In this document: in pieces, positions 12,880 through 25,475 of the stretch
Numbering within the stretch: position 1 is the first letter of the stretch
Layout of the letters: each line of letters starts with the position of its first letter
Assembly (NCBI GenBank): GCA_964016885.1
Contig: OZ024749.1
Location: forward strand, 27,156,001-27,220,000
Length of the DNA stretch: 64,000 nt
Direction of reading: 5' to 3'
From: Eledone cirrhosa
Taxonomy: Eukaryota
Made by a program: the position numbers and the translations under genes
The notes under the pieces: generated by a model
The model's input: the letters and a program-made list of their open reading frames with translations, nothing else
Databases searched by the model: none
What the model was told of the DNA's origin: nothing

Positions 12880-15480
12880 AGTTGGTACCATGAAGGTTGG
12901 TACATTGAAAAGTCGCTCAAATTAGGTTGTAGAGATGCTTGAACATAAGGAAGTTGATGTTTGTTGTGTTCAAGAGACTAAGTGGAGAAGTGGGCCTACT
13001 AGATTCATTGTGGGCAAAAAACGATGCTATAAACTTTTCTGGATGGGATGTGACAATAGGCTGGGTGGAGTAAGAATTATGTTAGCAGAAAAATGGGTAG
13101 ATAAGGTAATTGCCATAAATAAAGTGAACGACAGAATCATTAAAATAAGATTAGTTCTAAATAGAACAACTGTGTCAATAATATCCGCCTATGCACCCCA
13201 ATCTGGCCTACCTGACGTTATAAAAGACAGGTTCTATGAGTCGCTAATGCTCACTACCTCCCAAATAACCGACAGTGACTACATAATTATTGCTGGTGAC
13301 TTAATATTCATGTTAGACAACATTGTGATGACAATGACAGAACCCATGGAGGTTATGGGTTTGGTACTAGAAATGAGGAAGGCTTCAGGATCCTGGAATT
13401 CTGTGGTGCTAATAACCTACCTGTAATACAAACTTCAAAAAACGAGACAATCACTTGATCACCTGTAGATCAGGGGAGCACACCAGCTAGAATGTCTGTT
13501 GTAAATGTTAACTCCCTCCATTGTGAAGAATGCACCTCCAAACATAGCCTAATAGTTAGTGACCTCATCGTCAGGACCAAACGTACTTGACGACAGAGGA
13601 CTACCTTGAAGAGAAGAATATGGAAGTTGAAGGACCGCACAACTAGTAACAAATTTAAAAGCATATTACTTGATGCTTTTGACAGTAAGGAAGAGCAATT
13701 AGAGACGTACAATATAGAGGATGAAATCTATGACTGGAGCAGACCTTTAGGCAGGAGGAGAGTAATTTGGTGGTGGAACAGTAAGGTGGAGGAGACAATC
13801 AAGGCCAAAAAGCAGGCTTGGAAAGAATGGCGGGATGGGGGAAGTAGAGAACACTATCAGGTGGCTAGGCGACAGTGGACTTTGCAAGAAGGAGAGCAGA
13901 AATTAAAAACTTCAAGCATGTTCTACAACACGAGGACCAAAAACATGAGGTGTTCAGCATTGTAAGACAATGTATCATGGAAAATTGTGATATTGTTGGT
14001 GTGTCCATAATGATGATGGTGTACTTGCCCTCACTGATACTGATAAGATGGTAGCTTGGAAGTGTCACTACGTGAGACTACTAAATGTGGAGAATGAATG
14101 GGATAAATATAATCAGCCCCAAATTGATCAAACAGAGGGACCAGCTGTGCAAGTTAATGGTAGTAAAGTAAATAAGGCAATCAAAGATATGAAGACAGGC
14201 AAGGCAGCTGGGCCTTCGGAGATAGTTGCTGAGATGTTGAAAGCATCTGGAATGATGGGACATACTATCGTCACCTGGATAGTAAACCAAGTAATACGGA
14301 ATGGGGTCATACCAAATGACTGGCATAGCAGCAGCATCCTTAACTGCTACAAGGGCAAAGGAAACACTCTAGAAAGAGAAAACTATAGAGGCATTAAGTT
14401 AGTTGACCAAGTCATGAATTTTGGGGTCCACCAGGGTTCAGTTCTTAGCCCTCTCCTGTTTATTATTGTCCTGCAAGCTATAACAGAGGAGTTTAAGACT
14501 GGCTGCCCATGGAAACTCCTGTGTGTAGATACCCTAACCCTTATAACTGAATCTATGGTTTAATTACAAAAGAAATTCTAAACCTGGAAGCATGGCCTAG
14601 AATCAAAAGGTCTTAAAGGTCAACTTGGCAAGGACTAAAGTTCTAGTAAGTAGAAAAGAAAAACAGAGCCCAAATCTCCTCAAGGAAATAGTCTTGCTCA
14701 GTGTGTAGAAAAGGAGTAGGTAGAATTTCCATCCTATGTCCCAAATGCAAACTATGGGTACTCAAGGGATGTAGCGGGATCTCAGGCACAGGATCCCTGT
14801 ACACAAAACACAGGTTTTACATGTGGTTGGTGTACAGGAGCAGTAAGTAGCAAGAGCTCTCAAGATACAATCTCCTTCAAATGCTCAGAGGGCTCTGTAG
14901 AAGTAGTAGGTAGTTTCTGTTACCTGGGTGATCAAATTAACAGTGGAGGAGGGTGTTCCGAAAGCACAGTAGCCAGAGTGAGAATGGGTTGCAGAAAGTT
15001 CAGGGAGTTACTACTGCTACTAACTACAAAAGTATTTCCCTCAAAATGAAAGGTAGACTGTATGATGCATGCATACGAACAACAATGTTGGATGGTAGCA
15101 AGACCTAGGTACAGCATGCAGAGGACCTGCGAAGATTAGAAAGAAATGAAGCTTCCATGCTTCAATGGATATGCAATAGTAATATACACATACTGCAAAG
15201 CATAAATGAACTGCATGAGAAATTGGGTATAAAAGGGATCAGATGCAGTGCGCAGGAGAGGAGATTATGCTAGTATGGACGTGTGTTGCGTATGAAGGAT
15301 GACAGCTGCATAAAAAGGTGCAGAGCGCTCAAAATCAATGGATGCTATGGAGTGGGCAGGCCTAGGAAGACTTGGGATGAGGTAATAAAAGCTTGCATAA
15401 TTACACCCCTCAAAGGCGATGACACAGGACCATGATTTCTGGTGCTATGCAGTAATACATAAGACTTGCCTTCCCATATG
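12880..15480 (+). mobile_element. Degenerate RTE-like LINE (APE + internally deleted RT)
   Basis: VCCVQETKW and SAYAPQ endonuclease motifs; NYRGIKL joined almost directly to GVHQGSVLSPLLF; 3' GRPRKTW; many frameshifts. Confidence 0.88.
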
Positions 15481-16086
15481 CAGGAGCTGGGGTATACATC
15501 TAGTATGCATCAGCTTCCCTCCTATACACCTCGCATGTTGTAATCACCCACCGTCAAATCTACCTTCCCAATTCCCCATGCATCCTCCCAACCCCAGTCC
15601 TCAATCCACACCATAAGGCGACCATTCTGGAACCACGACAATAAGCGCCCAACCACACTGTTACGTAGTAGTGTAGGAGTCACAATAAAAAGCTCCCAGT
15701 GTACACGGTAAAGTGGTCGTGTAGGGGTCACGACAAAAATCATCCAGTACAAACTGTAAATGTGGTTGGCGTTAGGAAGGGCATCCGGCCATAGAAACCA
15801 ACCCAAAATCAGCTCTGTATGAGCAAAACGCGGTCCTCCAACCTGGCTGTCTCACAACGGAACAGTTCGTCAAAGCCATGCTAGCGTGGAAAATGGACGT
15901 TAAACGATGATAATGATGATGATGATATATATATATATATGCAAACAGACGTGGCGTATCTGTATGATTAATATATATATTTATTCCGTCAGGAATTTAA
16001 CATGTCAATGATGCTGACTATATGATGCCATACGACGCTCACTATACACCGTAACAAAATATTAATTAAAGAAACGAAGTCCTTAC

Positions 16087-16096
16087 TTGCAACCAT
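16087..16096 (-). CDS. DNAAF11: DNAAF11/LRRC6 coding exon 1 (M-V-A, phase 1)
   Basis: ATGGTTGCAA|gtaagg; 10-nt coding exon whose phase matches exon 2. Confidence 0.8.
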
Positions 16097-16153
16097 ATTT
16101 TTTCACTATCTCTTGTAAAACTTTTTTTCACCACACTGCTGCTTTCTTTACAT

Positions 16154-16168
16154 GTTACTGTTGACAAC
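16154..16168. promoter_or_regulatory. X-box-like (RFX) motif upstream of DNAAF11; forkhead-like GTAAACAA at 16246-16253
   Basis: GTTACTGTTGACAAC imperfect palindrome about 60 bp upstream of the ATG. RFX/FOXJ1 control of ciliary genes is established, but this site is untested. Confidence 0.45.
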
Positions 16169-16631
16169 CACTTCAGTTGTGAAGATTTCCAACTAGCTAA
16201 GGGGAGACTACTCTTAACATGTTTTTATGTTAACGGTCTATGAGTGTAAACAATTTATCATACACTTAACATGTATGTGTGACCATTGGTTTCGGGGTCC
16301 AGTTATGGCCACCACTGTATATTGGAGGAGGCACTTCCAAACTGGCCCTTCGCCGAGAACACGGACAAATATATGTATTAGAGATCAATAAAATAAATAT
16401 CAAACTTGAAAAAATGTATTGCGTTCGATATGGTCGACTAAATCTCTTACTAAATCCCGAAAAATGTCACACAAAAGTCACAACCTTATACAAACACGTA
16501 TGTAAATAATCTTAGCTCTAGTTGTTTTTATAAAGTTTCCGCTGTTTTAAATAAATTACCTTTTTTTATAGTATTTAAATTTTAAAAAAAAGGCAACAGA
16601 TTGAGAACTGTTTTCGTTGATCTTTCATCGA

Positions 16632-16689
16632 ATACCTGGTGATATCACCGGATTCATACGGAACCCGGTCATCGAAATGATCATAGTAT
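16632..16689 (+). ncRNA. Degenerate hammerhead-like motif
   Basis: ATAC-CTGGTGA...ACCGG/CCGGT...GAAA-TGATCA-TA-GTAT; core A6>G. Confidence 0.5.
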
Positions 16690-16737
16690 AATAAACCTTT
16701 CAAGGATTTACACAAGTCCAGCCTCCTGTCATTTCAT

Positions 16738-16789
<52 letters not shown>

Positions 16790-17487
16790 CGCTCACACAC
16801 AGCGAAGAACAAATAAAATTATGTTACTTTTTTATAGGTTACACCGTGTTTATTTACTACCAGGAAGTACTCTACTTTTCATGTATCAACAAATCTTATA
16901 TTTATTCACAATTGTATAAATAACATTACAAATTATTTATAATTATAATTCTTACAGAATGAAAATAGGCACAAATAATATATACATTACTTAACAAATA
17001 TATAAGATTAAATAGAAGAAAGAAAAAAGGGGGAAGCAAAAGCAAAAACGCCCATATATTCTATAAGTGCGACAATCGGCCACACATCATAAGGGTCAAC
17101 GGAATATTTTGAGGCAATCTGATATTTTTTTTATTCAAGACAATTCTTTTTTCTATAGTTGTCTCTCCCTCTCGCTATCTATCTATATATATATATACAG
17201 TGTATATATATATATATATATTGCTCTGATTATTTAATATATTGATTCTTCATTGAGCCACGACGTGACCGGTTGCAAAACATATATATCTGTGACTTTA
17301 TGTATATGTAAACCTTTATATTTAATAATCTCCCGTTAGGTTGAGATACAATTGGGCGATATTGGGCTGCGCTTTCTAGCAACAAGCCGTAAGCAACTAA
17401 TCACATTCTTTCTAACTGCCAAGTCACGATTCTTAGTCATTTTGGGCCCGATCACTTTGGAAATTTAAATGTCTAATTTTGAGTTCG

Positions 17488-17561
17488 CTCCTGATGAGTC
17501 CGAAACTCTGGACATTTCCTGTTATTGGATGTCTTAAAATACGGACGAAACCATGGTAGAG
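17488..17561 (+). ncRNA. Type I hammerhead ribozyme (minimal, Penelope/retrozyme type)
   Basis: CTC-CTGATGA-GTCCG...CGGAC-GAAA-CCATGG-TA-GAG: full core, stems I-III, GUA cleavage triplet. Confidence 0.8.
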
Positions 17562-17844
17562 ATAATTACGGTATGTACACATTTCTTCTAAGTTTGAATT
17601 TACACCTAATTGTGTATGGTTGACGGTATATTTGGTTTGGTCAGTTTCTACATGCTGTTGAAATGTTGGATAAATACTCTATCGTGGCCACCGCGAAGAG
17701 GCCGCTTTCGGTTATTTGTCGAAAATTTCTTCATAGGAGCCTTTATTCTTATAGCTTGGTCTAATTGATTTTTTATTTGGTTAATTATGCTAATTGGGAG
17801 AGGAAATGGTATATATTTTATCTAGTGATTCTAAGGACGATTTA

Positions 17845-17903
<59 letters not shown>

Positions 17904-17974
17904 CTGGGTGATACCTTACCAAGAAAATCCTAAGGAATACAAATCGTAGAGTACTTTTTGTAAAGTACTCTACG

Positions 17975-18345
17975 ATTATCGTTCTATCAGCTTACTGAGT
18001 CACGTTTACAAGCTTTTCATTGTTTCATTGCAGCACGAGTGAAGCCAGACCTTTACGCCTCATTTCCTGAAACACAAGCCGCATATCACCCTTGAACAGA
18101 TCCTAGCTATTGAACAAATCATTGAGAAATCAATAGAATTCAACAACCCTGTGCACATCACCTTCATTGATTTCCCAAAAGCTTTTGACAACGTGAAACT
18201 ACCCAGCTTGTGGCAACTCTTAAACAAGACCTCAATTAACAAAAAAATACATCAACCTATTGAAAGAAACTTACACCAACTCAACAGCATATATCATAAC
18301 AGACTTGGTAACTACACGCTGTATAGATATCTTGAAGGGAGTTGA
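17975..18345 (+). mobile_element. RTE-like RT fragment
   Basis: DYRSISLLSHVYKLF and FIDFPKAFDNV motifs. Confidence 0.75.
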
Positions 18346-18908
18346 AGGTAGTTATATATAGAAATAATTGTTTCTACTTTTGGCACAAGGCCAATCCACC
18401 GCATATATATTTATATAAATAATTGTTTCTACTTTTGGCACAAGGCCAGCAAATTATCCAGTGTATTACTGGTACTTTATTTTATCGACCCCCGTAAGGA
18501 TGAAAGGCAAAGTTAACCTCGCCGGGATTTGAACTCAGAATGGCAAGGGCCGTAACTCTATGCGTCAAAGCATGGTGTCCGACCCTCTACCGATACTGCC
18601 AATCCACTCACCATAATATATTTATATAAATAATGTACAATTGTTGCATATGGATCAGTGAAACTGTACAGTCAGGACTTTGAAAAAAAATAGGTCTATT
18701 ATTTTAAAATTTGATATATATATATAATTGAAGTATAAAAGATATATGTATATGTACATATAGAGAGAAAGGACCATATATCAGTGAGAAAACAATATAT
18801 TGTATATATACAGAGCACATATTTCAAAGAAAACTAAGTACTCCAGATAGAATCAAAAGAGCTCCCTAAAGTGCTATTTTGTGTTGTGTAAACCACATAT
18901 ATATAACA

Positions 18909-19820
18909 ATGAGTGCTAAACAATATCATTGCATCACTAAACCTAATTTTATAAAATACTATACTCAAATTATTGAAGGAATGGACAATCTAGATTCATT
19001 TCTTGATTTTGGTCTCCAGAACCAGTTATTTCTTCCAGATCATAACGAAGAAATAAAATCCCTCACGAATCCTGATGATCGTGTACGAAAATTACTTGAA
19101 TTTATATATTACAAACTACCCGAATATTCCGATAAATTCATATCGGCCTTGAAAAAATCAGAACATCATAATTTAGTCGCTCTGTTTGTGGAGTCACAAA
19201 GTTACCCAATGACATTAAACCTTCACGATTGCATGATAATAATAAATAATGATAAATTTCCCGAAGACAATCTTCAAGAGAGAAACATTAACGAAATGGA
19301 CTTGGGAAAAGTCAGCAAACTTTTCTCTGATTTTAATTTTAAAATATTTGAAAATAAGAATAAAACTGCTGCTGAGATGAAAGAGATAATTGACAGGGGT
19401 ATTAAAAGTTGTAAAGAATGTTTCGTAATGTTGTTGATATCACATTGTAAATTGGGTAAGACCTGTGGAGTTGATGGTGAGACATTATCTTATTACAATA
19501 TTAACAATCTACTAAACTGTGAAAACTTGAAAAACAAACCTAAACTTATTTATATCATCAACACGCATCAATCTTATATACAGGAAGATCATCCAAATAC
19601 ATATTTCACTGCTCCAGATTTGTATGTTCATTTTGTCTCTGTGGCAAAAGAGTCAGACTGTAATTTCCTTAAAACTTTAGTTAGTGTATATGAGAGGGAG
19701 AAAGAGTATTGTGATATTTGGAAACTAGCTGCAGAAATTAACAGGAACATTCCTGATACTCAGATCAATTATAATTATTCGACTTTGACTAAGTCGGTGA
19801 TACTTCGAGTTAAAGACTAA
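18909..19820 (+). CDS. Intronless CARD/death-fold + caspase-fold protein, catalytically dead (pseudo-caspase), 303 aa
   Basis: N-terminal ~90 aa helical CARD-like region (DDRVRKLLEFIY, FISALKKSEHHNLVALF). Caspase motifs CMIIINNDKF, ER....D, CFVMLLISH, GVDG, LKNKPKLIYII and C-terminal STLTK. QACRG is replaced by INTHQ. Confidence 0.85.
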   Translation: MSAKQYHCITKPNFIKYYTQIIEGMDNLDSFLDFGLQNQLFLPDHNEEIKSLTNPDDRVRKLLEFIYYKLPEYSDKFISALKKSEHHNLVALFVESQSYPMTLNLHDCMIIINNDKFPEDNLQERNINEMDLGKVSKLFSDFNFKIFENKNKTAAEMKEIIDRGIKSCKECFVMLLISHCKLGKTCGVDGETLSYYNINNLLNCENLKNKPKLIYIINTHQSYIQEDHPNTYFTAPDLYVHFVSVAKESDCNFLKTLVSVYEREKEYCDIWKLAAEINRNIPDTQINYNYSTLTKSVILRVKD

Positions 19821-20508
19821 ATGATGTTTGTCTGTTTTAAATCCTCATGTGTATCTGAATTGTTTAATATGCTGAGCGGCATAGAGTTATGACTCTTTTC
19901 ATTCTGAGTTCAAATCCCGTTGAGGTTAGCTTTGCCTTTCATCTTTATGGAGTCAATAAAATATAATAGCAGTAATACACAGGAGTTTATTTTGACATGT
20001 ACACCGATACTAATCTCCTAAAGTGGTGACCCCCGACGTGATTTTTAAAAAAAAAAAAAAAAAATGGGAAATGGTATGCGGTGTATATAGAGGAGAAAAA
20101 AACAGAAGAAAAAGAAAAAAAAATAACAATTTAATACAAAACGAACACCTACAATTATTGACACACAAACAAACAGCAATTGTATGAATGTTTTTGCCTT
20201 TTTTTTTCTCTCCTTTTCTGCCCTTCTCTTCTCTGGCTAAAAATTTTTGAGGATGACAAGATGGAGTCTCTCTTCTCCATCATTAGTGTTTTTGGCGCGA
20301 AATAGTCCGCCATGTTGGATTTTTTTTTTAAGTCCCTTGCCCTTACCTTAGTAATAACAGCATTCACTTAATCGCTTCTTTGCATATTGTCCCGGATGCA
20401 TTATTTTTCCGGTCCAGTGGTTTGACAGGGAAAAATAAGCGATTTTGTTTTCCTTTTCTGTTGCGTTAGAGAAATTTTTCCAAACGGTAAATTGCTTACA
20501 GTATACCA

Positions 20509-21303
20509 ATGGCTTCTCACTCTGTTCTGCCAACGTACACGGGCGACGTAAGGCTATGGTTCGCACAGCTAGAAGCATTTTTCAAGGCGAACAGAGTTGA
20601 CGAGGAACTACAACGTCCTGTGGTCCTTAGCGCAATTCCGCCGGCAATTCTCCCAGCGATTAAGGACCTGGTGTTAGAGACACCCACAGACTCGATGTAT
20701 ACGTCTCTGAAGGCTAAAATACTCAGCCGGACAGAACAGTCTTCAGAAAAAAGATTTAGGGCTTTGGTCCATCTGGAGCATATAGGGGATGGCACCCCAT
20801 CGAACCTCCTAAGGCGAATGAAGGACCTAACGGAAGGGTCGGTAGTGGAAACTGCCCTGCTGAAGCAGTTGTTCTTCTCGCGCCTGCCGACCAACGAACA
20901 AGCAATTTTGGCCCCCATGAGGGATACAAGCACAGTGGATCAGCTTGCCGCCTCTGCGGACAAAGTTTTCGAGGTGACGAATGCCGGAGGCAGCAACACC
21001 CTTGCCGCTGTTCACCACCCAGCTCGGGCCACACACAGCCATGCGATCTACGTGGCAGCGCCAATAGACAGCGCAACCATTATGGCAATGCAAAGGTCCA
21101 TTCAGGAACTCACCATAGAGCTCCACAAGATGAAGGCCTTGTGTGGTGCCCATTCGCGCCCCCGCAGTCACGGGAGATCGCAAAGTTTTAGACGTCGTTC
21201 TAAATCACCAGCTTCATCTTTATGCTGGTACCACGAGCGATTTGCTGAGAACGCGAATCACTGCGTGCAACCTTGCTCCTTTCATAAGGCGGGAAACGCC
21301 TAA
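20509..21303 (+). CDS. gag: Gypsy Gag (intact ORF)
   Basis: [11 protein letters not shown]-terminus; [22 protein letters not shown] knuckle typical of CsRn1-like Gag. Confidence 0.92.
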   Translation: MASHSVLPTYTGDVRLWFAQLEAFFKANRVDEELQRPVVLSAIPPAILPAIKDLVLETPTDSMYTSLKAKILSRTEQSSEKRFRALVHLEHIGDGTPSNLLRRMKDLTEGSVVETALLKQLFFSRLPTNEQAILAPMRDTSTVDQLAASADKVFEVTNAGGSNTLAAVHHPARATHSHAIYVAAPIDSATIMAMQRSIQELTIELHKMKALCGAHSRPRSHGRSQSFRRRSKSPASSLCWYHERFAENANHCVQPCSFHKAGNA

Positions 21304-24300
21304 GAGGTCCTCTGATGGGGACAGTTGACCTCAACATAAAGCCACCAAACCGCCATTTCTTCATTAAGGACCTAATGTCCGGAAGAGGTTTCCTCGTGGA
21401 TACAGGAGCCTCCTGTAGTATTTCGCCGGTCCATTGCCTGAAAGAAACCCCCATAGAGTCATCTGTTATGCTGCAGGCAGTTAACCACTCGTCTATAAAG
21501 ACGTTCGGGCAAATCTCGCTTCCTCTCAAATTCCTAAATCTGCGTAGGGATTTTAAGTGGATTTTTACAGTTGCCAATTTGCCATACCCCATCTTAGGAG
21601 CAGATTTCCTCCACAACTTCTCTTTAACTGTGGACGTCCGTGGCCAACGCCTGGTGGATAACATCACCGGCTTTTCAATTCATGGCCAGGAAGCCAATGC
21701 TCCAATAGTCAGCCCCATGTTCTTCGTCGCTGCCGCCGGAGACGCCTACCATTCGTTGCTGGGTTCTTTCCCGGAGCTCACGGATGGAAATTTTCGAGTC
21801 ACTGACCCAACACACTCGACCGAACATTTCGTTTCCACCACTGGTGCTCCAGTGTTTTCGCGTCCACGCCGCTTACCGACGGAAAAATTAAAGGCAGCAC
21901 GGTCCGAGTTCGACCATATGCTGCAGCTGGGCATTATTCGCCCTTCTACGAGTCCTTGGGCTTCACCGTTACACATGGTGCCCAAGACTTCCGGCGACTG
22001 GAGACCCACTGGGGATTATAGGAGGTTAAATGCCATGACCGTCCCGGATAGGTATCCCATTCCCCATCTCCATGATTTTGCATCTTCACTGCAGGGGTGT
22101 AAGATTTTTTCTAAGTTAGATTTAGTGCGAGCCTACCACCAAATTCCGGTCAGGAAGGAGCATATTCCGAAAATGGCGATTACAACCCCTTTCGGATCCT
22201 TCGAATTTTTTACCATGCCTTTCGGACTCAGGAACGCCGCTTAGCACTTTTCAGCGGTTCATAGACGAGGTCACGCGTGGTCTGGACTTCGTTTATGCTT
22301 ACATAGACGATATTCTCGTCGCTAGTTCCTCTCCGGAAGAGCATATGCGCCACATGCTTCTCTTATTTCGGCGACTTCAGGATTACCGCGTTCGCATGAA
22401 TCCAGCAAAGTGTGTTTTCGGTTCCACTTCCCTAAATTTTTTAGGCCACCTCATCGACGCCGAAGGTATTAGACCGCTCCCTCAGCGAGTTCAAGCCATA
22501 CAGGAGTTACCTCTGCCTACTACACTTCACCAGTTGCGTCACTTCTTAGGCCTAATCAATTTCTATAGGCGTTTCGTTCCTCATTGTGCTAATTTGCTAT
22601 CTTCCCTTACTGACATTTTAAAAAATCGTCGTAAGAAGAAGGAGGATATTTCCTTGACACAAGGACAGCTTCAAGACTTCCAGTCTGCCAAGACAGCACT
22701 CGCTAGTTCATCTTTGCTAGCCCACCCGGTACCAGAGGCCAAGCTTTCACTTTGTGTTGATGCATCTGATACCGCTGTGGGTGCAGTTTTACAGCAGTCC
22801 TACGTTGAAAACCAACAACCTTTGGCATTTTTCTCGAGGAAGTTGAAACCAGCAGAAACGCGTTATAGCATGTTTGGGCGGGAATTATTAGCCATATATC
22901 TGTCGGTGAAACATTTCTCTCATATTCTTGAGGGGAGAAATTTTACAGTTTTTACCGACCACAATCCTTTGACCTTCACTTTGAGGGCCAAAGCCGACAG
23001 ATATTCGCCCAGAGAGACAAGGCACCTGGACTACGTTTCACAATTTACAAACGATATCCAGCACATTGCCGGCTCGCACAACATAGCTGCAGACGCATTG
23101 TCACGTTTGCCAATTAGCTCCATCTCGTCATCCCAGGAGATCGACTTAGGTCGTTTAGCTGCAGACCAACCTGCACTCCAATCGTTGGACACTCTTTCTG
23201 CTGAATTTGCGACTTGCATTTTCAAATATCTACCCTTGTCCACCACCGACAGGCAGATTCTATGTGATGTATCTACTGATGCACCACGACCACTTGTTTC
23301 TGAGACTCACCGTCGAATTGTGTTCCTGGCTTTACACATTTCTCACCTAGGATCTGCTGCCACAGTAAAGCTCATAACAGCCAGATTCTTCTGGCCAAAT
23401 ATGAGGCGCGACATTGCTGCTTGGTGCCGTTCCTGCATCGCTTGCCAGAAATCGAAAATATAGACACATCCGGACTCCACTTGGTACTTTCAGTACTCCA
23501 GATGCTCGGTTTCAACACATCCACATTGACATCGTTGGACCTTGGCCATTCAGCAGTGGATATTCATACATATTGACGTGTGTCGATCGTTTTTCGAGAT
23601 GGCCTGAGGCCATCCCTTTACAAGACATGACTGCTGAGACTGTAGCACGTGCCCTGGTATCAGGGTGGATTATCCGCTTTGGGGTACCAACTACACTCAC
23701 CACAGACCGTGGTAGACAATTCGAGTCCCATCTCTTCTCTGAGCTCACAAAAATAATTGGAGCTCAACGGATTCGGACCACAGCCTATCATCCTGCGTCA
23801 AATGGAATGGTGGAACGATTCCACCACCAATTAAAGGCCGCTCTTCGCGCCTATCTAGATTCTCAACGTTGGAACAAGTACCTTCCTATTGTGTTGTTAG
23901 GAATTCAGTCATCAATAAAGGAGGACCTTGGGTTCTCCCCGGCCGAATTACTTTACGGTGCTCCTCTAGCATTGCCTGGGCAAATGCTTACCCCTGTTGA
24001 TCTTGCTTTCCAAGATCCGCTTTCCTACGTATCCTGTCTGCGTTCTTATTTTCAGGACCTGCCGCCGATGGATACGAGGAAAATAACTGTAAAACCTGCG
24101 GTCCTGAGGGATATTGCCTCGTGGACCCATGTGTTCGTAAGGAACGATGCTGTGAGACCACCCCTCACACAACCATACTCTGGACCCTACCAACAAACAT
24201 TTCACTGTAAACGTTAAGGGGTCCAGAGAGACAATTTCGGTGGATAGACTGAAAAGGGCACACAATGACACTCATACACCCGAGCCACAAATATCCCAAT

Positions 24301-24422
24301 CTTTCTCTCTTGTGCATACACCTACTCCTTCTGCCCCACCTTCACCTACATACAAGACTACGACCCGTTCCGGTCGGAGAGTCCACTGGCCCAAAAAGTT
24401 CTGCCAAACTATTTTTATGTGA
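21291..24422 (+). pseudogene. pol: Gypsy Pol (PR-RT-RH-IN), broken by stops and frameshifts
   Basis: LVDTGA protease; DYRRLN and YIDD (22300-22311) RT; DASD and TDH RNase H; [15 protein letters not shown] and NGMVERFH integrase. Lesions near 22243, 23461 and 24190. Confidence 0.93.
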
Positions 24423-25023
24423 ACTGGCCACTGGAGCCTTATTTTTATTTTGCTGTTCTTGTTATTTATTGATTTGTTGTATTACAATGTACCTCTCATT
24501 ACCATTTCACTGGATGTATATATATGTTTTTCGTTTCCTTTTACAACGAACATTTAAAGCTATATTCTTCTATTTGCCGGTTTATAAATTTACCACGTAA
24601 ATTTGCCGTTGAAAACTGCGCATTTATTCAGAATGCTTATTTCTCTGGTCGCTGGCCTCTTGACCCTTCCAGGTCAACGCATTCACAACATCAACAACAA
24701 CAACACAGCTTAATCAACAACCAAAACCAGCAAAACAAGCCAGAGAATTTATTTCTGCAGCACTCTTCCTGTGAGAAATTCCCTTCGGAAGTTGGAAATT
24801 TCACGTTATACCACAGACCAGAAACCACCTGCATTCATTCTCTGGAACACATTCTTTCCTGCTGTCATGTGATTGCACACATGTGAACTGTATTTTGAAC
24901 TTTGACCTCTTCTCTTACTTTTATTACATTGTATCATAATTTTCATGCCTCTTACATGCTCGCCATCTTACTCCATGCATGCTTCATTCGATTTTTCTGT
25001 TTTAAAAATCTGGCGGGGGATAA

Positions 25024-25475
25024 TGTAGCAAGAGTTGCCTCCCTTGTCATGACAATCTCATCACCGCTCTCTAGACAGGAAGTAGCTGGAGTTGCTTCCA
25101 TTTGGGGTTGACAGACTCCCTGTTGGTCACTTCCAGTCAGACCCTATAAAAGGAACAGGTCAGGACAATCTTTCTCTCTCGCCTCCTGAATTCCAAAGTG
25201 GTAACACCTGCGACCTTAGCATGAGATGATTCCTTTCTCATAATCCTTCGCCACCAAGAAGAATGCAACATGCAGCCTAAGAAGATGTTAACACCAACTA
25301 GAGAAGATCTCGGTTCTTCTCCACAAACTTCAGCCTGGAGTTGTGATCCACGGGTAATGATTCATTTATATTAATACCTTTGACTTCTATGAAGTAAAAA
25401 CATTATCACAACACACACCGGCATTTATTGTCTTTTGTAATAATTTTATATGTACACCGATACTAATCTCCTAAA
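25024..25475 (+). repeat. 3' LTR of the Gypsy element
   Basis: Starts TGTAG after the PPT, contains TATAAAA at about 25145, and ends in the segment shared with the 5' remnant. Confidence 0.75.

Larger units (their letters stand above)
19997..25475 (+). mobile_element. Ty3/Gypsy LTR retrotransposon, CsRn1-like clade; pol disrupted, 5' LTR truncated
   Basis: tRNA-Trp-type PBS TGGTGACCCCCGACGTGAT at about 20024-20042; gag, protease, RT, RNase H and integrase; PPT-like GGCGGGGGA before TGTAG at 25024; the last 26 bp of the 3' LTR are repeated at 19997-20022. Confidence 0.95.

Noticed and set aside
18879-18908. Upstream TTG start of the caspase-like ORF
   Set aside because: Eukaryotic gene; the first ATG at 18909 (ACAATGA) coincides with the CARD start.
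24420-25010. env-like third ORF in the Gypsy element
   Set aside because: Only short ORFs (120 aa or less) with no signal peptide, furin or TM pattern that I can support.
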